Source: an uncultured Bacteroidales bacterium (GTDB lineage Bacteria > Bacteroidota > Bacteroidia > Bacteroidales > Marinilabiliaceae). From it: a stretch of DNA of 64,000 bases. Positions 9,915 to 19,754 of this stretch are shown here, piece by piece. The notes under the pieces were generated by a model. It saw only the letters and a list, made by a program, of their open reading frames with translations, was not told the DNA's origin and made no database searches. Location of the stretch: contig CALYZD010000001.1 in assembly GCA_945607565.1 (NCBI GenBank), positions 1 through 64,000 on the forward strand, read 5' to 3'. Positions within the stretch are counted from its first letter, which is position 1. Every line of letters begins with the position of its first letter. The translations under genes and the position numbers were made by a program.

Positions 9915-10778
9915 ATGGAATACGGTAAGAACATACCAAAATACTTAGTCGAAAAGGGAAATATTCTGAAACTTATTTTTTGGACGGCTGCTTTTGCATT
10001 GGTTTTCATTAATGTCTATCAGCCTTTCAACTCCCGCAACTGGATTTCCGACATCTCCGATCTGAGTTATTTTCTTTATTCGAGCGTGCTGATAATCATA
10101 GGGATGTCGGTCGTTGCCATCAGCCGCGTCATCATGTACAAGGTCGTCGTCAAGCTGCACTATCCGCTGTCGCTCGGCGGCTACATCGCTTGGATTGTGG
10201 CCGAGGTCCTTGGCATGTCGCTTTTCTTCTGCCTCGTGGAACTGCTGCTGCTGTCGGACACCCGCAATTTTGCCGAAATCTTCCGAATCTCGCTGGTCAA
10301 CACGTCGCTGGTGCTGCTGTTGCCCTACAGCGTCCTATGGCTCTACTTTTCGTGGCGAGACAAGGCCCGACGCCTCGAAGAACTCAAGACCATGCAGGCC
10401 AAGACCGCCGACGAACAGCCTGTGGCCGAGGCTAATCCGATGATCAAGTTCAGCGACGAGCGCGGGAACATCCGCTGGAGCATCAAGCAAAACGACCTGC
10501 TCTATATACAGGGCGCCGACAATTACATAACCGTCTATTACCGAGACAATAACAAGCTGGCGCACTTCATGGTGCGCAACACGCTGAAGCAGATTGAACC
10601 CGAAATGCGGACACGCAACATAATCAGATGCCATCGCTCGTTCTGCGTCAATTTTGCAAGAATCAAAATGCTGGAGCGCGTCAAGGACGGCGTGGTCATC
10701 CGCCTCGACTTCGAGCCGCCTATCGAGATTCCGGTGTCCAAAACCTATTCGCAGGAAGTGCTGAATCTGTTCACTTGA
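9915..10778 (+). CDS. membrane-bound LytTR-domain DNA-binding protein (one-component, no receiver domain)
   Basis: About 4 N-terminal TM helices, then LytTR domain (IRWSIKQNDLLYIQGADNYITVYYRDNNKLAHFMVRNTLKQIE...RCHRSFCVN). Confidence 0.75.
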   Translation: MEYGKNIPKYLVEKGNILKLIFWTAAFALVFINVYQPFNSRNWISDISDLSYFLYSSVLIIIGMSVVAISRVIMYKVVVKLHYPLSLGGYIAWIVAEVLGMSLFFCLVELLLLSDTRNFAEIFRISLVNTSLVLLLPYSVLWLYFSWRDKARRLEELKTMQAKTADEQPVAEANPMIKFSDERGNIRWSIKQNDLLYIQGADNYITVYYRDNNKLAHFMVRNTLKQIEPEMRTRNIIRCHRSFCVNFARIKMLERVKDGVVIRLDFEPPIEIPVSKTYSQEVLNLFT

Positions 10779-10779
10779 T

Positions 10780-11643
10780 ATGTTTTCGATGAGATTCGTC
10801 ATAAATTTACTGGCATCAGCGCTGCTCGTTTCGTGCGCTGCTCGCCAGACCCCGAACGCCGACTGCCTGACGGTGAGCATCGCCCCCGAAGCCTACTTTG
10901 TGGAACGGCTGGCCGGCAACGCCTTCGAAATCAACGTGATGGTGCCGCAGTCGGTCGGGCATTCCAACTATTCGCCGCTGCCAAGTCAGATGGTGGCGCT
11001 GTCGCGCTCGGCGGCCTATCTGGCTGTGGGTCAGCTTGATTTTGAGCTGACCTGGCGCTCGCGCCTGGCCGATGCCAACCCGTCGATGCGCTGGGTTGAC
11101 CTGAATGCGGGTATCGACATGATCGAAGGCTCGTGCCGGCATGAGCATCATCACGAATCAGGACACCATTCGGTCGACCCGCACTATTGGATGTCGCCGC
11201 GCGGCGCCGCTCTGATGGCGCGCAACATCGCGTCCGCCATTGTCGGCATCAGGCCGTCGCTGGCCCACAGCGTCGACTCGGCTCTGGCTGTCCTGACGGC
11301 ACAGATTGATTCGGTTGATGCTGAATTTCAAAAACTTGCGCCCGATTCTCTTGTCTTTGTGGTCTACCACCCGGCACTGGCCTATCTGGCCCGCGACTAC
11401 GCCATGACGCAGCTGGTCCTCGAGTCCGACGGCAACGCCCCGACGCCGCAGGGAATGTGCGCGATGATTGACAGAGCCGGCAGGTCGGACGTGCGTACCG
11501 TGTTCATTCAGAAGTCGTTCGATGTCAATCTGGTTTCGGTGGTTTCCGAGACGATAGGCGCGCGCGTGGTCGAAATCAACCCCGAGGGCGCCGACTGGTT
11601 TGCCGAAATGCGCAGGATTTATGACGGTTTAAAAGATGATTGA
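10780..11643 (+). CDS. znuA: metal (zinc-type) ABC transporter substrate-binding lipoprotein, ZnuA/TroA family
   Basis: Lipoprotein signal (LLVSCAA), cluster-9 SBP fold similarity, His-rich loop HEHHHESGHHSVDPHYW typical of ZnuA. Confidence 0.7.
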   Translation: MFSMRFVINLLASALLVSCAARQTPNADCLTVSIAPEAYFVERLAGNAFEINVMVPQSVGHSNYSPLPSQMVALSRSAAYLAVGQLDFELTWRSRLADANPSMRWVDLNAGIDMIEGSCRHEHHHESGHHSVDPHYWMSPRGAALMARNIASAIVGIRPSLAHSVDSALAVLTAQIDSVDAEFQKLAPDSLVFVVYHPALAYLARDYAMTQLVLESDGNAPTPQGMCAMIDRAGRSDVRTVFIQKSFDVNLVSVVSETIGARVVEINPEGADWFAEMRRIYDGLKDD

Positions 11644-12374
11644 TGGCCGATAAATTGATAAAACTCACTGGCGTCACGGCCGGCTACGACGGTCAGGCGG
11701 TGGTCAGGGACATAAACCTCGACATCGTCAGCGACGATTTTGTTGGGATGATAGGCCCCAACGGCGGCGGTAAATCGACTGTGCTCAAGACCATTCTGGG
11801 CATCATCCGGCCGCTGTCGGGCACCATCGAGCGCGCGCCGGGGCTCCGGATTGGCTACCTGCCGCAGGTGGTCGACGTCGACCGGCATTTCCCCATCAGC
11901 GTCCTCGACGTCGTCTTGTCGGGGCAGCAGGGCAGGGGGCGTCTGCGCCCGTCGCGGTCCGACAGGGCCAACGCAATGGAGCTGCTCGACTATGTCGGCC
12001 TAGCCGCCCGCGCCGGCGACCTGATTGGCGAACTCTCCGGCGGTCAGCGACAAAGGGTCTTGCTCTGCCGCGCCATTGTGGGCCGGCCGCAGCTGCTTGT
12101 GCTCGACGAGCCGGTTACCTACATGGACAAGACGGCCGAAACCGACCTCTACAAACTCCTGCCCGACCTGAACCGTCGCATGGCGATAGTGCTTGTGTCT
12201 CACGATGTTGGCATCATTTCGACATTCGTCAAAAACATCGCTTGCGTCAACGGTGCGCTGCACTACCACGAGTCGGGCCTGATTTCCGAAGAGGTGCTGT
12301 CGGTCTACGGCTGCCCGGTCGACGTCATTTCGCACGGCACCATCCCTCATCGAGTCCTCAAAAAACACAATTGA
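11640..12374 (+). CDS. znuC: metal ABC transporter ATP-binding protein
   Basis: Walker A GPNGGGKST, signature LSGGQRQRV, Walker B LLVLDEP; overlaps znuA stop by 4 nt. Confidence 0.8.
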   Translation: MMADKLIKLTGVTAGYDGQAVVRDINLDIVSDDFVGMIGPNGGGKSTVLKTILGIIRPLSGTIERAPGLRIGYLPQVVDVDRHFPISVLDVVLSGQQGRGRLRPSRSDRANAMELLDYVGLAARAGDLIGELSGGQRQRVLLCRAIVGRPQLLVLDEPVTYMDKTAETDLYKLLPDLNRRMAIVLVSHDVGIISTFVKNIACVNGALHYHESGLISEEVLSVYGCPVDVISHGTIPHRVLKKHN

Positions 12375-12379
12375 ATTTC

Positions 12380-13207
12380 ATGGAAAACATTCTCGGTGTG
12401 CTTCATTACCCGTTCATAGTCAACGCTTTGCTGGCTGTCTTTCTGATTTCGATAGTGTCCGGAATCGTCGGCACGCTGGTCGTGGTCAGACGCATGGTTT
12501 TTGTGACGGGCGGCATCACGCACGCAAGTTTTGGCGGCATCGGCATCGCCTACTACCTGGGCCTGCCACCGGTCGGCGGCGCGATGCTCTTTGCCGTGGC
12601 CACCGCCTTGTCGGTCGAATGGCTGGGGCGGCGCGGCCGGATGCGCGTCGACAGCGCGATTGCCGTGCTGTGGTCGCTTGGAATGTCGGTTGGCGTGCTG
12701 TTCATGTTCATCACGCCGGGCTACACGCCCAACCTGTTGGGCTTTATGTTCGGCGACATCCTGACCGTCAGTGATTTGGACATCGCGATGCTCGCCGTCG
12801 TGGCGGTTCTGCTTCTGCCGTGCGTCATCGTCTTCTATCGCCCGCTGATGTATGTGTCTTTCGATCAGGGTTTTGCACGCGTCTCGGGCTGGAACGTCAA
12901 TCTGATCAACGCGTGCGTTTCGGTGGCGGCGGCAATTGCGATTGTGATGGCGATAAAGGTGGTGGGGATTATCCTGCTGCTGTCGTTGTTTACTCTGCCA
13001 CAGGCAATTGCGGGCGTGTTCTGCAAACGGCTGTCTTCCATGATGACAGTTTCGGCCGTGGTCGGCTTTGCGGCCGGGCTGGGCGGATTGTCGGCCGCAT
13101 ACGCATTCAATCTGCCGACAGGCGCGGTTATTGCCATCGGCCTGGCAATCATATATTTGCTGGTGCGTATGCTGAATGCTTTGAGAATGAAAATGAATCA
13201 AAATTGA
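12380..13207 (+). CDS. znuB: metal ABC transporter permease
   Basis: ABC-3 family permease, multi-TM. ORF-track start 12242 is inside znuC; the ATG at 12380 (MENILGVLHYPF) is the likely true start. Confidence 0.8.
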   Translation: MENILGVLHYPFIVNALLAVFLISIVSGIVGTLVVVRRMVFVTGGITHASFGGIGIAYYLGLPPVGGAMLFAVATALSVEWLGRRGRMRVDSAIAVLWSLGMSVGVLFMFITPGYTPNLLGFMFGDILTVSDLDIAMLAVVAVLLLPCVIVFYRPLMYVSFDQGFARVSGWNVNLINACVSVAAAIAIVMAIKVVGIILLLSLFTLPQAIAGVFCKRLSSMMTVSAVVGFAAGLGGLSAAYAFNLPTGAVIAIGLAIIYLLVRMLNALRMKMNQN

Positions 13208-13213
13208 ATCAAT

Positions 13214-14146
13214 ATGAAAAACATCGCAATCATTTCGACCTTTGCCCTCGGGCTTCTGAGCGGAGGCCAGGCCCTTGCGCAGAAAGAAATCAAATTGTGG
13301 GGCGACAATGTCCCCGGAGCCAAATCGTCCGATTCGTATCACGAAAAGGTGGAAATCATCAACAACGGCCGCAGCCCGCGCATCAGCCGCGTCACCGACC
13401 CGACGCTGACGGTTTATCTGCCCAACAACGACAACAAGGGCCGCACGGCCATAGTGGTTTGTCCCGGTGGCGGTTACGGCCGTCTGGCAATTGACCATGA
13501 AGGATATGACGTTGCGCAATATCTTCGCAGCCAAGGCGTCGCGGCGTTCGTGCTCAAATATCGCCTGCCGTCCGACCAGATAATGGACGACAAGACGGTG
13601 GGGCCGCTTGCCGACGTCCAGCGCGCCATCAGGCTGGTGCGCCAGCATGCCGACGAGTGGGGCATCGACCCGAACAAGGTGGGCGTGGTCGGCTTTTCGG
13701 CCGGCGGGCATCTGGCAGCCACCGCGTCGACCATGTTCGACCGCGTGGTCTATCCGCTCGCCGAAAACGAGCCGTCGGCAAGGCCCGACTTTTCGCTGCT
13801 GATTTATCCGGTCATTTCGCTCGACGCTGCGATAACCCATCGCGGCACGCGCGAAAACCTGCTGGGCAAGGATGCTTCGGACGACAAGGCTGCGGCTTTC
13901 TCGAACGAAAATCTGGTTTCGGACAACACGCCGCCGGCTTTCCTTGTCCATGCCTTCGACGACGGCGCCGTCCCCTACGAGAACAGCATCCGCTACGCCA
14001 AGGCCATGACGGCGCATAGCCGGCCGGTGGAACTGCATCTGTTTCAGAACGGCGGCCATGGATTCGGCATGTCGCTCAACACGCCGCGCAGCTGGATGCC
14101 GCAGTGCTTCCTGTGGCTCGACGCCAACGGTTTTTTGCAAAGATAG
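13214..14146 (+). CDS. secreted alpha/beta-hydrolase fold esterase (BD-FAE/acetyl esterase-like)
   Basis: Signal peptide, oxyanion VVCPGGGYG, nucleophile elbow GFSAGGH, C-terminal D/H catalytic residues. Confidence 0.75.
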   Translation: MKNIAIISTFALGLLSGGQALAQKEIKLWGDNVPGAKSSDSYHEKVEIINNGRSPRISRVTDPTLTVYLPNNDNKGRTAIVVCPGGGYGRLAIDHEGYDVAQYLRSQGVAAFVLKYRLPSDQIMDDKTVGPLADVQRAIRLVRQHADEWGIDPNKVGVVGFSAGGHLAATASTMFDRVVYPLAENEPSARPDFSLLIYPVISLDAAITHRGTRENLLGKDASDDKAAAFSNENLVSDNTPPAFLVHAFDDGAVPYENSIRYAKAMTAHSRPVELHLFQNGGHGFGMSLNTPRSWMPQCFLWLDANGFLQR

Positions 14147-14168
14147 GCGGCCACGATAAGCAATTTAT

Positions 14169-14176
14169 TAAATTTG
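14169..14176 (+). promoter_or_regulatory. candidate Bacteroidota sigma-A -7 element (TAnnTTTG) for pheS
   Basis: TAAATTTG, 23 nt upstream of the pheS ATG. Confidence 0.3.
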
Positions 14177-14199
14177 CGCTTTCAAAATAAAATACGAAG

Positions 14200-15225
14200 A
14201 TGTTAGATTTAGATAAAATTCAGGCTCTCGCCGAAGAAATAAGTGCCGCCACGGCCTCGACACCCGAAGAGGTCGAAGCGCTGCGAATAAAATACCTTAG
14301 TAAAAAAGGTTCGGTTTCGGCTCTTTTCGACGATTTCAAGAATGTTCCCAACGAGCAGAAACGCGAAATCGGCAAAAAGCTCAACGAACTGAAAACCATT
14401 GCACAGACAAAAATCAACGACCTCAAAGAATCGTTTTCGGCAGCCGACACCGGTGCCACCGGCATCGACCTTTCGCGCGAGGCCACCTCGTCGGTTTGGG
14501 GCGGCAGCCATCCGCTCTCGATAGTCCGCAACGACATTATCGAGATTTTCGGCCGTCTGGGTTTCACTGTTTCCGAAGGTCCTGAAATAGAGGACGATTG
14601 GCACGTCTTCACGGCGCTCAATTTCCCTCCCGAACATCCGGCTCGCGACATGCAGGATACGTTTTTCATCAACAACAATCCTGACATTCTGCTGCGCACG
14701 CACACCTCTTCGGTGCAGGTGCGCACCATGGAACGCCAGCAGCCGCCCATCCGCTCGCTGTTTCCCGGCCGCGTGTTCCGCAACGAGGCCATCTCGGCCC
14801 GCGCCCACTGCATTTTCCATCAGATCGAGGGCCTTTATGTGGCCGAAAACGTGTCGTTTGCCGACCTGAAGCAGACCCTGCTCTATTTTGCCAAAGAGCT
14901 CTTCGGGCCCGAGACTCAGATTCGTCTGCGCCCGTCCTACTTCCCGTTCACCGAGCCGTCGGCCGAGATGGACGTCAGCTGTTCGCTTTGCGGCGGCAAG
15001 GGCTGCAGCGTCTGCAAGGGCACCGGTTGGCTCGAGATTCTCGGCTGCGGCATGGTCGACCCGGCCGTGCTCGAAAGCAACGGCATCGACAGCAAGAAAT
15101 ACAGCGGCTTTGCCTTCGGAATGGGCGTGGAGCGAATCGCCATGCTGCGCTATCAGGTCAAGGACATTCGTCTTTTCTTCGAAAACGACGTCCGTTTCCT
15201 CAAGCAGTTCCAGTCGGTGTTGTAA
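14200..15225 (+). CDS. pheS: phenylalanine--tRNA ligase alpha subunit
   Basis: FPPEHPARDMQDTFF, class II aaRS motifs; 341 aa. Confidence 0.95.
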   Translation: MLDLDKIQALAEEISAATASTPEEVEALRIKYLSKKGSVSALFDDFKNVPNEQKREIGKKLNELKTIAQTKINDLKESFSAADTGATGIDLSREATSSVWGGSHPLSIVRNDIIEIFGRLGFTVSEGPEIEDDWHVFTALNFPPEHPARDMQDTFFINNNPDILLRTHTSSVQVRTMERQQPPIRSLFPGRVFRNEAISARAHCIFHQIEGLYVAENVSFADLKQTLLYFAKELFGPETQIRLRPSYFPFTEPSAEMDVSCSLCGGKGCSVCKGTGWLEILGCGMVDPAVLESNGIDSKKYSGFAFGMGVERIAMLRYQVKDIRLFFENDVRFLKQFQSVL

Positions 15226-15250
15226 AATATCGTACCCACAAACGTATCAA

Positions 15251-15286
15251 GGTTCGGCAGAGCAGTCTTTGCCGAGCCTTTTTTGT
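15251..15286 (+). terminator. candidate intrinsic terminator after pheS
   Basis: GGTTCGGCAGAG-CAGT-CTTTGCCGAGCC hairpin followed by TTTTTTG. Confidence 0.5.
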
Positions 15287-15304
15287 GCCTCGCGTCAAGG
15301 CATG

Positions 15305-15346
15305 AAAAAAGCCGGACATCGCGTTTGGAGGCGATGTCCGGCTTTT
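15305..15346. terminator. bidirectional intrinsic terminator between convergent pheS and alaS (mainly serves alaS)
   Basis: AAAAAAGCCGGACATCGC-gtttggag-GCGATGTCCGGCTTTT: 14-bp stem flanked by A-run and T-run. Confidence 0.65.
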
Positions 15347-15364
15347 GGGTTCTGGAGACGTATC

Positions 15365-17992
15365 TTACAGTTTTTCGGCAAAATACTTCTTGGCTTCGTC
15401 GATGGCGCTTTGCAGGCCGCCGGCATTCTTGCCGCCTGCGTTGGCAAAGAACGCCTGGCCGCCGCCGCCGCCGTTGATGTGCTTGGCCACGGCTTTGATG
15501 GCCTCCACGGCGTTCAGGCCGCGCTCTTTCACAAGGCTGTCCGATATGGCAATCACAATCTGCGGCTTGCCTGCCTGCTCGGCACCCAGCACAATCACGG
15601 CCTCGTCAGTCTCGTTGCGCAGCTGGAACGCAAGGTCTTTCAGGTGCTCGAAGAAGAACGGCTTGACGATGTCGGCAATCAGCCTGACGTTGCCAAAGCT
15701 CTGGCAGTTGTCGGCCAGGTTGTGCTTTTCGATTACCATCATGTTGCGGATCATCGAGTCGATCTGCTGTTCCATCTTCTGGTTGCCGCAGATCAGGTTT
15801 TCGATGCTCTTCTGCAGATTGCTGGGCGATTTCAGCGTCTGCGAGATTTCTTTCATCAGCGCGAACTGGCTGTTGATGAACTCCTCGGCCTTGTCGGCCG
15901 TCACGGCCTCGATGCGGCGGACGCCGGCCGATGTCGACGACTCGCTTATGATTTTGAAGAATCCGATCTGGCCCGTGGCTTTGGCGTGGGTGCCGCCGCA
16001 CAGTTCGACCGACGTCCCGAATTTTATGGCTCTGACGATGTCGCCGTATTTTTCGCCGAACAGAGCCATGGCGCCCATCTCGCGCGCCTTGACTATCGGG
16101 ATGTTACGCATTTCGCACAGTTCGATGTTCTCTCTGATTTTGCGGTTCACCAGCTTTTCGACCTCGGCAAGTTCTTCGTCGGTCACCTTCTGATAGTGCG
16201 AGAAGTCGAATCGCAGATAGTCCGGCGTCACCAGCGAGCCTTTCTGCTCCACGTGCGGGCCCAGCACGGTGCGCAGCGCCTCCTGCATCAGGTGGGTGGC
16301 GCTATGGTTGTCGGCAATCAGCGTGCGCCGGTGCTCGTCGACCACGGCTTTGAACTGCGCCGTCGTGTCCGATGGCAGCTTGGTCGTCAGATGCACTATC
16401 AGGTTGTTCTCTTTGACCGTGTTGACAATCTCGATGCGCTCGCCGTCGGCCTCGATGTAGCCGGTGTCGCCCACCTGGCCGCCGCTCTCACCATAGAACG
16501 GCGTGATGTTGAACACCAGCTGGTACAGCTCTTTGTTTTTGGATTTCACCTTGCGATACCGGGTGATGACGACGTCGGTCTGCAGGAAGTCGTAGCCCAC
16601 GAATTCCTCCTTGTCGTCGTTCTGGAGCACCACCCAGTCGTCGGTCTCGATCGACGTGGCGTTGCGGGCGCGCTCTTTCTGCGCGTTCATCTCAGATTCG
16701 AACTCTTCGCGGTTGGCGACCAGTCCGTTCTCTTTCAGAATCAGTTCGGTCAGGTCGAGCGGGAATCCGTAAGTGTCGTAGAGTTCGAAAGCCACCTTGC
16801 CGCTGACCACGGTGTAGTTCTTGTCTTTGGTCTCTTTGATGATTTTGTCGAGCATGTTGATGCCGGTGGCCAGAGTGCGCAGGAACGCTTCCTCTTCCTC
16901 CTTTATTACCTTGCTCACAAGTTCCTGCTGTGCAACGAGTTCAGGGTATGCCTGGCCCATGACTTCGATCAGTGTGGGCAGCAGCTTGTAGAGCGTGGCT
17001 TCGCGTCCGTTGAGGAACGTGTAGTTGTAGCGGACGGCGCGGCGCAGGATTCGGCGGATGACGTATCCTGCCTTGTTGTTCGACGGCAGCTGGCCGTCGG
17101 TTATCGAGAACGCGATGGTGCGGATGTGGTCGGCCATGACGCGCATTGCCACGTCGACGTTGTGGCTCTGGCCGTATTTGAATCCGGTCAGTTCCGAAAT
17201 CTTGTTCAGTATGGGCACAAAAATGTCGGTGTCGTAGTTCGACGTCTTGTGCTGCACCACGCGCACCAGACGCTCGAAGCCCATGCCCGTGTCCACGTGA
17301 TGGTTGGGCAGCGGTTCGAGCTCGCCGTTGGCCTTGCGGTTATATTGCATGAAGACGTTGTTCCAAATCTCTATCACCTGCGGATTGTCTTTGTTCACCA
17401 GGTCGCGGCCGTTCACTTTCCGGCGTTCTTCGTCGGGGCGCATGTCGATGTGTATTTCGGAGCACGGTCCGCACGGTCCGGTCTCGCCCATCTCCCAGAA
17501 GTTGTCGTGGCGGTTGCCGTCGATGATGCGGTCTTCGGCAATGTGTTCTTTCCAGAAGTCGTATGCCTCGACGTCCTTGCCCAGCCCGTCTTCCTTGGAG
17601 CCTTCGAACACGGTCACATACAGGCGGTCTTTGTCAATCTTGAGCACTTCGGTCAGATATTCCCACGCCCAGGCAATGGCTTCTTTCTTGAAATAATCGC
17701 CGAACGACCAGTTGCCCAGCATTTCGAACATGGTGTGGTGATAGGTGTCCTGACCCACTTCTTCGAGGTCGTTGTGCTTGCCGGACACGCGCAGGCATTT
17801 CTGCGAGTCGGCCACGCGGTTGTCCACAATCGGCGAATTGCCCAAAATCACGTCTTTGAACTGGTTCATGCCCGCATTGGTGAACATCAGTGTCGGGTCG
17901 TTTTTGATGACCATCGGTGCCGATGGTACGATCTTGTGGTTCTTGGATCTGAAGAACTCCAAGAAGCTCTCTCTAACTTCAGAAGAGGTCAT
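15365..17992 (-). CDS. alaS: alanine--tRNA ligase
   Basis: 875 aa; N-terminal class II catalytic core ([10 protein letters not shown]), editing domain HxxxH/CxxxH, C-terminal DHHA1. The plus-strand 1061-aa ORF 14888..18073 is its antisense artefact. Confidence 0.95.
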   Translation of the reverse strand: MTSSEVRESFLEFFRSKNHKIVPSAPMVIKNDPTLMFTNAGMNQFKDVILGNSPIVDNRVADSQKCLRVSGKHNDLEEVGQDTYHHTMFEMLGNWSFGDYFKKEAIAWAWEYLTEVLKIDKDRLYVTVFEGSKEDGLGKDVEAYDFWKEHIAEDRIIDGNRHDNFWEMGETGPCGPCSEIHIDMRPDEERRKVNGRDLVNKDNPQVIEIWNNVFMQYNRKANGELEPLPNHHVDTGMGFERLVRVVQHKTSNYDTDIFVPILNKISELTGFKYGQSHNVDVAMRVMADHIRTIAFSITDGQLPSNNKAGYVIRRILRRAVRYNYTFLNGREATLYKLLPTLIEVMGQAYPELVAQQELVSKVIKEEEEAFLRTLATGINMLDKIIKETKDKNYTVVSGKVAFELYDTYGFPLDLTELILKENGLVANREEFESEMNAQKERARNATSIETDDWVVLQNDDKEEFVGYDFLQTDVVITRYRKVKSKNKELYQLVFNITPFYGESGGQVGDTGYIEADGERIEIVNTVKENNLIVHLTTKLPSDTTAQFKAVVDEHRRTLIADNHSATHLMQEALRTVLGPHVEQKGSLVTPDYLRFDFSHYQKVTDEELAEVEKLVNRKIRENIELCEMRNIPIVKAREMGAMALFGEKYGDIVRAIKFGTSVELCGGTHAKATGQIGFFKIISESSTSAGVRRIEAVTADKAEEFINSQFALMKEISQTLKSPSNLQKSIENLICGNQKMEQQIDSMIRNMMVIEKHNLADNCQSFGNVRLIADIVKPFFFEHLKDLAFQLRNETDEAVIVLGAEQAGKPQIVIAISDSLVKERGLNAVEAIKAVAKHINGGGGGQAFFANAGGKNAGGLQSAIDEAKKYFAEKL

Positions 17993-18125
17993 AGTTTTTT
18001 ATGTAGGAATGTTGATTATTATTCAAAATTCAGACGGTTTCAAACGGTTTGCAAAATTAGATTAATTACGTAATTTTGACCCCCAATCTCTTTTAAAAAA
18101 GTTGATTCCGAAATAATTTATCCGT

Positions 18126-19100
18126 ATGTTCAAGACAAGGTATCAGTACAACCCCGAATCGCTGAGCTATATCGCCGTCAAACGTGGATTCAAGTATTAT
18201 CTGTCGGTGGGATTGTTCTATCTGTTTTTCGGGGGAGTGCTTGGCGTAGCCTACTTTTGTGCATTCATCTATCTGTTTGACAGCCCCGAAGAGAAAAAAC
18301 TCAAGCGAGAGAACCAGGAACTTCTGTCGCAATACGAGGTGATGAACAGAAAGCTGGACCAGCTCGAAGTGGTCCTGGCCGACATTCAAGTGCGCGACGA
18401 AAACATCTATCGCGTCATCTATGAGGCCGACTCCATCCCCACATCGGTGCGCAAGGCCGGCTTCGGAGGCGTCAACCGATACGAAAACCTCGAAGGTCTT
18501 TCAAATTCCGAACTCGTCATCTCGACCGCCAAACGCCTGGACGTGGTCACCAAGCAGCTCTATGTTCAGAGCATCTCGTTCGACGAAATCATCGATCTGG
18601 CCCGGCGCAACCGCGAGATGATTCAGTGCGTCCCGGCCATCATGCCCATCAGCAACCGCGACTTGCGCCGCACGGCCTCGGGCTGGGGATGGCGCATCCA
18701 CCCCATCTACAAAATCAAGAAATTCCACGAGGGAATGGACTTCTCGGCCCCCGTCGGTACCGAAATCTACGCCACCGGCAACGGCGTGGTTGAAATGGTC
18801 GTGTCGAGCTACAGCGGCTATGGCAAGCACGTCCGCATCAACCACGGCTTCGGCTACCAGTCGCTGTATGCCCACATGGACGCCTTCAAGGTGCGAGTGG
18901 GGCAGGAGGTCAAGCGCGGCGACGTCATCGGCTACGTCGGCAACACCGGCACCAGCACGGCACCGCACGTCCACTACGAGGTCATCTGCCGCGGCAAGAA
19001 GGTGAATCCGCAACTCTATTATTTCCAGGAAGATCTGAGTGCCGAAGAGTACGAAAAGATGATAAGCATTTCGAGCAACACTAACAAAACTTTCGACTGA
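18126..19100 (+). CDS. M23 family metallopeptidase (membrane-anchored, coiled-coil N-terminal region)
   Basis: HEGMDFSAPVGTEIYATGNG ... HMDAFKVRVGQEVKRGDVIGYVGNTGTSTAPHVHYEV: LytM/M23 signature. Confidence 0.85.
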   Translation: MFKTRYQYNPESLSYIAVKRGFKYYLSVGLFYLFFGGVLGVAYFCAFIYLFDSPEEKKLKRENQELLSQYEVMNRKLDQLEVVLADIQVRDENIYRVIYEADSIPTSVRKAGFGGVNRYENLEGLSNSELVISTAKRLDVVTKQLYVQSISFDEIIDLARRNREMIQCVPAIMPISNRDLRRTASGWGWRIHPIYKIKKFHEGMDFSAPVGTEIYATGNGVVEMVVSSYSGYGKHVRINHGFGYQSLYAHMDAFKVRVGQEVKRGDVIGYVGNTGTSTAPHVHYEVICRGKKVNPQLYYFQEDLSAEEYEKMISISSNTNKTFD

Positions 19101-19399
19101 TGGCTTGGGGGCAGATTCGCAAGACGGCCGTCGTGGCTTTCAAGAACAAATATGTCTACACGGCGATTTTCTTCATCGTGTGGCTTCTTGTGTTCGATGG
19201 CAACGACCTGATTTCCAGCTACCGGCTGTCGCAAAAGGTCCGGAAGCTCGAAGCCGAGCGCGACGCTCTGAAAGAAAGCATCGAGCAGGACCGCCGCAAA
19301 ATGGACGAACTGAAAAGCAGCCGCGAAAAACTCGAAAAATTCGCCCGCGAGGAATATTACATGAAGCGTGACGACGAGGTCGTGTTCATCGTCCGATAA
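19100..19399 (+). CDS. septum formation initiator family protein (FtsB/DivIC-like)
   Basis: 99 aa, N-terminal TM followed by coiled coil (KVRKLEAERDALKESIEQDRRKMDELK); start overlaps M23 peptidase stop. Confidence 0.6.
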   Translation: MAWGQIRKTAVVAFKNKYVYTAIFFIVWLLVFDGNDLISSYRLSQKVRKLEAERDALKESIEQDRRKMDELKSSREKLEKFAREEYYMKRDDEVVFIVR

Positions 19400-19437
19400 G
19401 CTCCGCAAGCGCAAATCTCAAAAAACAGACTCTGCTA

Positions 19438-19754
19438 TGAAAATTCGCAACGTAATACTTTATGTGTCAATGGCTTTGGTGATTGTGGGCATCGTCCTGC
19501 ACGTGCTCGGGCTGGCTGGCGGCGTCTACGTCTTGGCTGTCGGCGGCTTTGCAATGTTCTGTGTCAGAACGTATTCGCGCGCCATCTGCACCGACAAGGC
19601 CAAGATGCGTCTGTGCACTATTCTGATTTTCAGCTCGCTGATGGTGGTGGCCGCCGCGTGGGTCATCTACACCGGCCGCCGCTATTGGGTCATTCCTCTT
19701 CTTGTGTGCTCTGTCCTTGAACTTTACGTCAGTTTCAGGGGCGCGCAGAGCTAA
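19438..19754 (+). CDS. small hypothetical integral membrane protein (~105 aa)
   Basis: 3-4 predicted TM helices (MKIRNVILYVSMALVIVGIVLHVLGLAGGVYVLAVGGFAMF...). ORF-track start 19368 overlaps the ftsB-like gene; internal ATG chosen. Confidence 0.4.

Noticed and set aside
14888-18073. 1061-aa plus-strand ORF and other long overlapping ORFs (e.g. 12347..14140 minus, 27749..29803 plus, 59961..61187 minus, 426..1472 plus, 56664..57974 plus)
   Set aside because: Antisense or alternate-frame artefacts of high-GC coding DNA: Arg/Gly/His/Asp-rich low-complexity translations, opposite to well-supported conserved genes (alaS, znuB/esterase, lysA/lysC, M50B/EI24, DASS transporter, ABC exporter).
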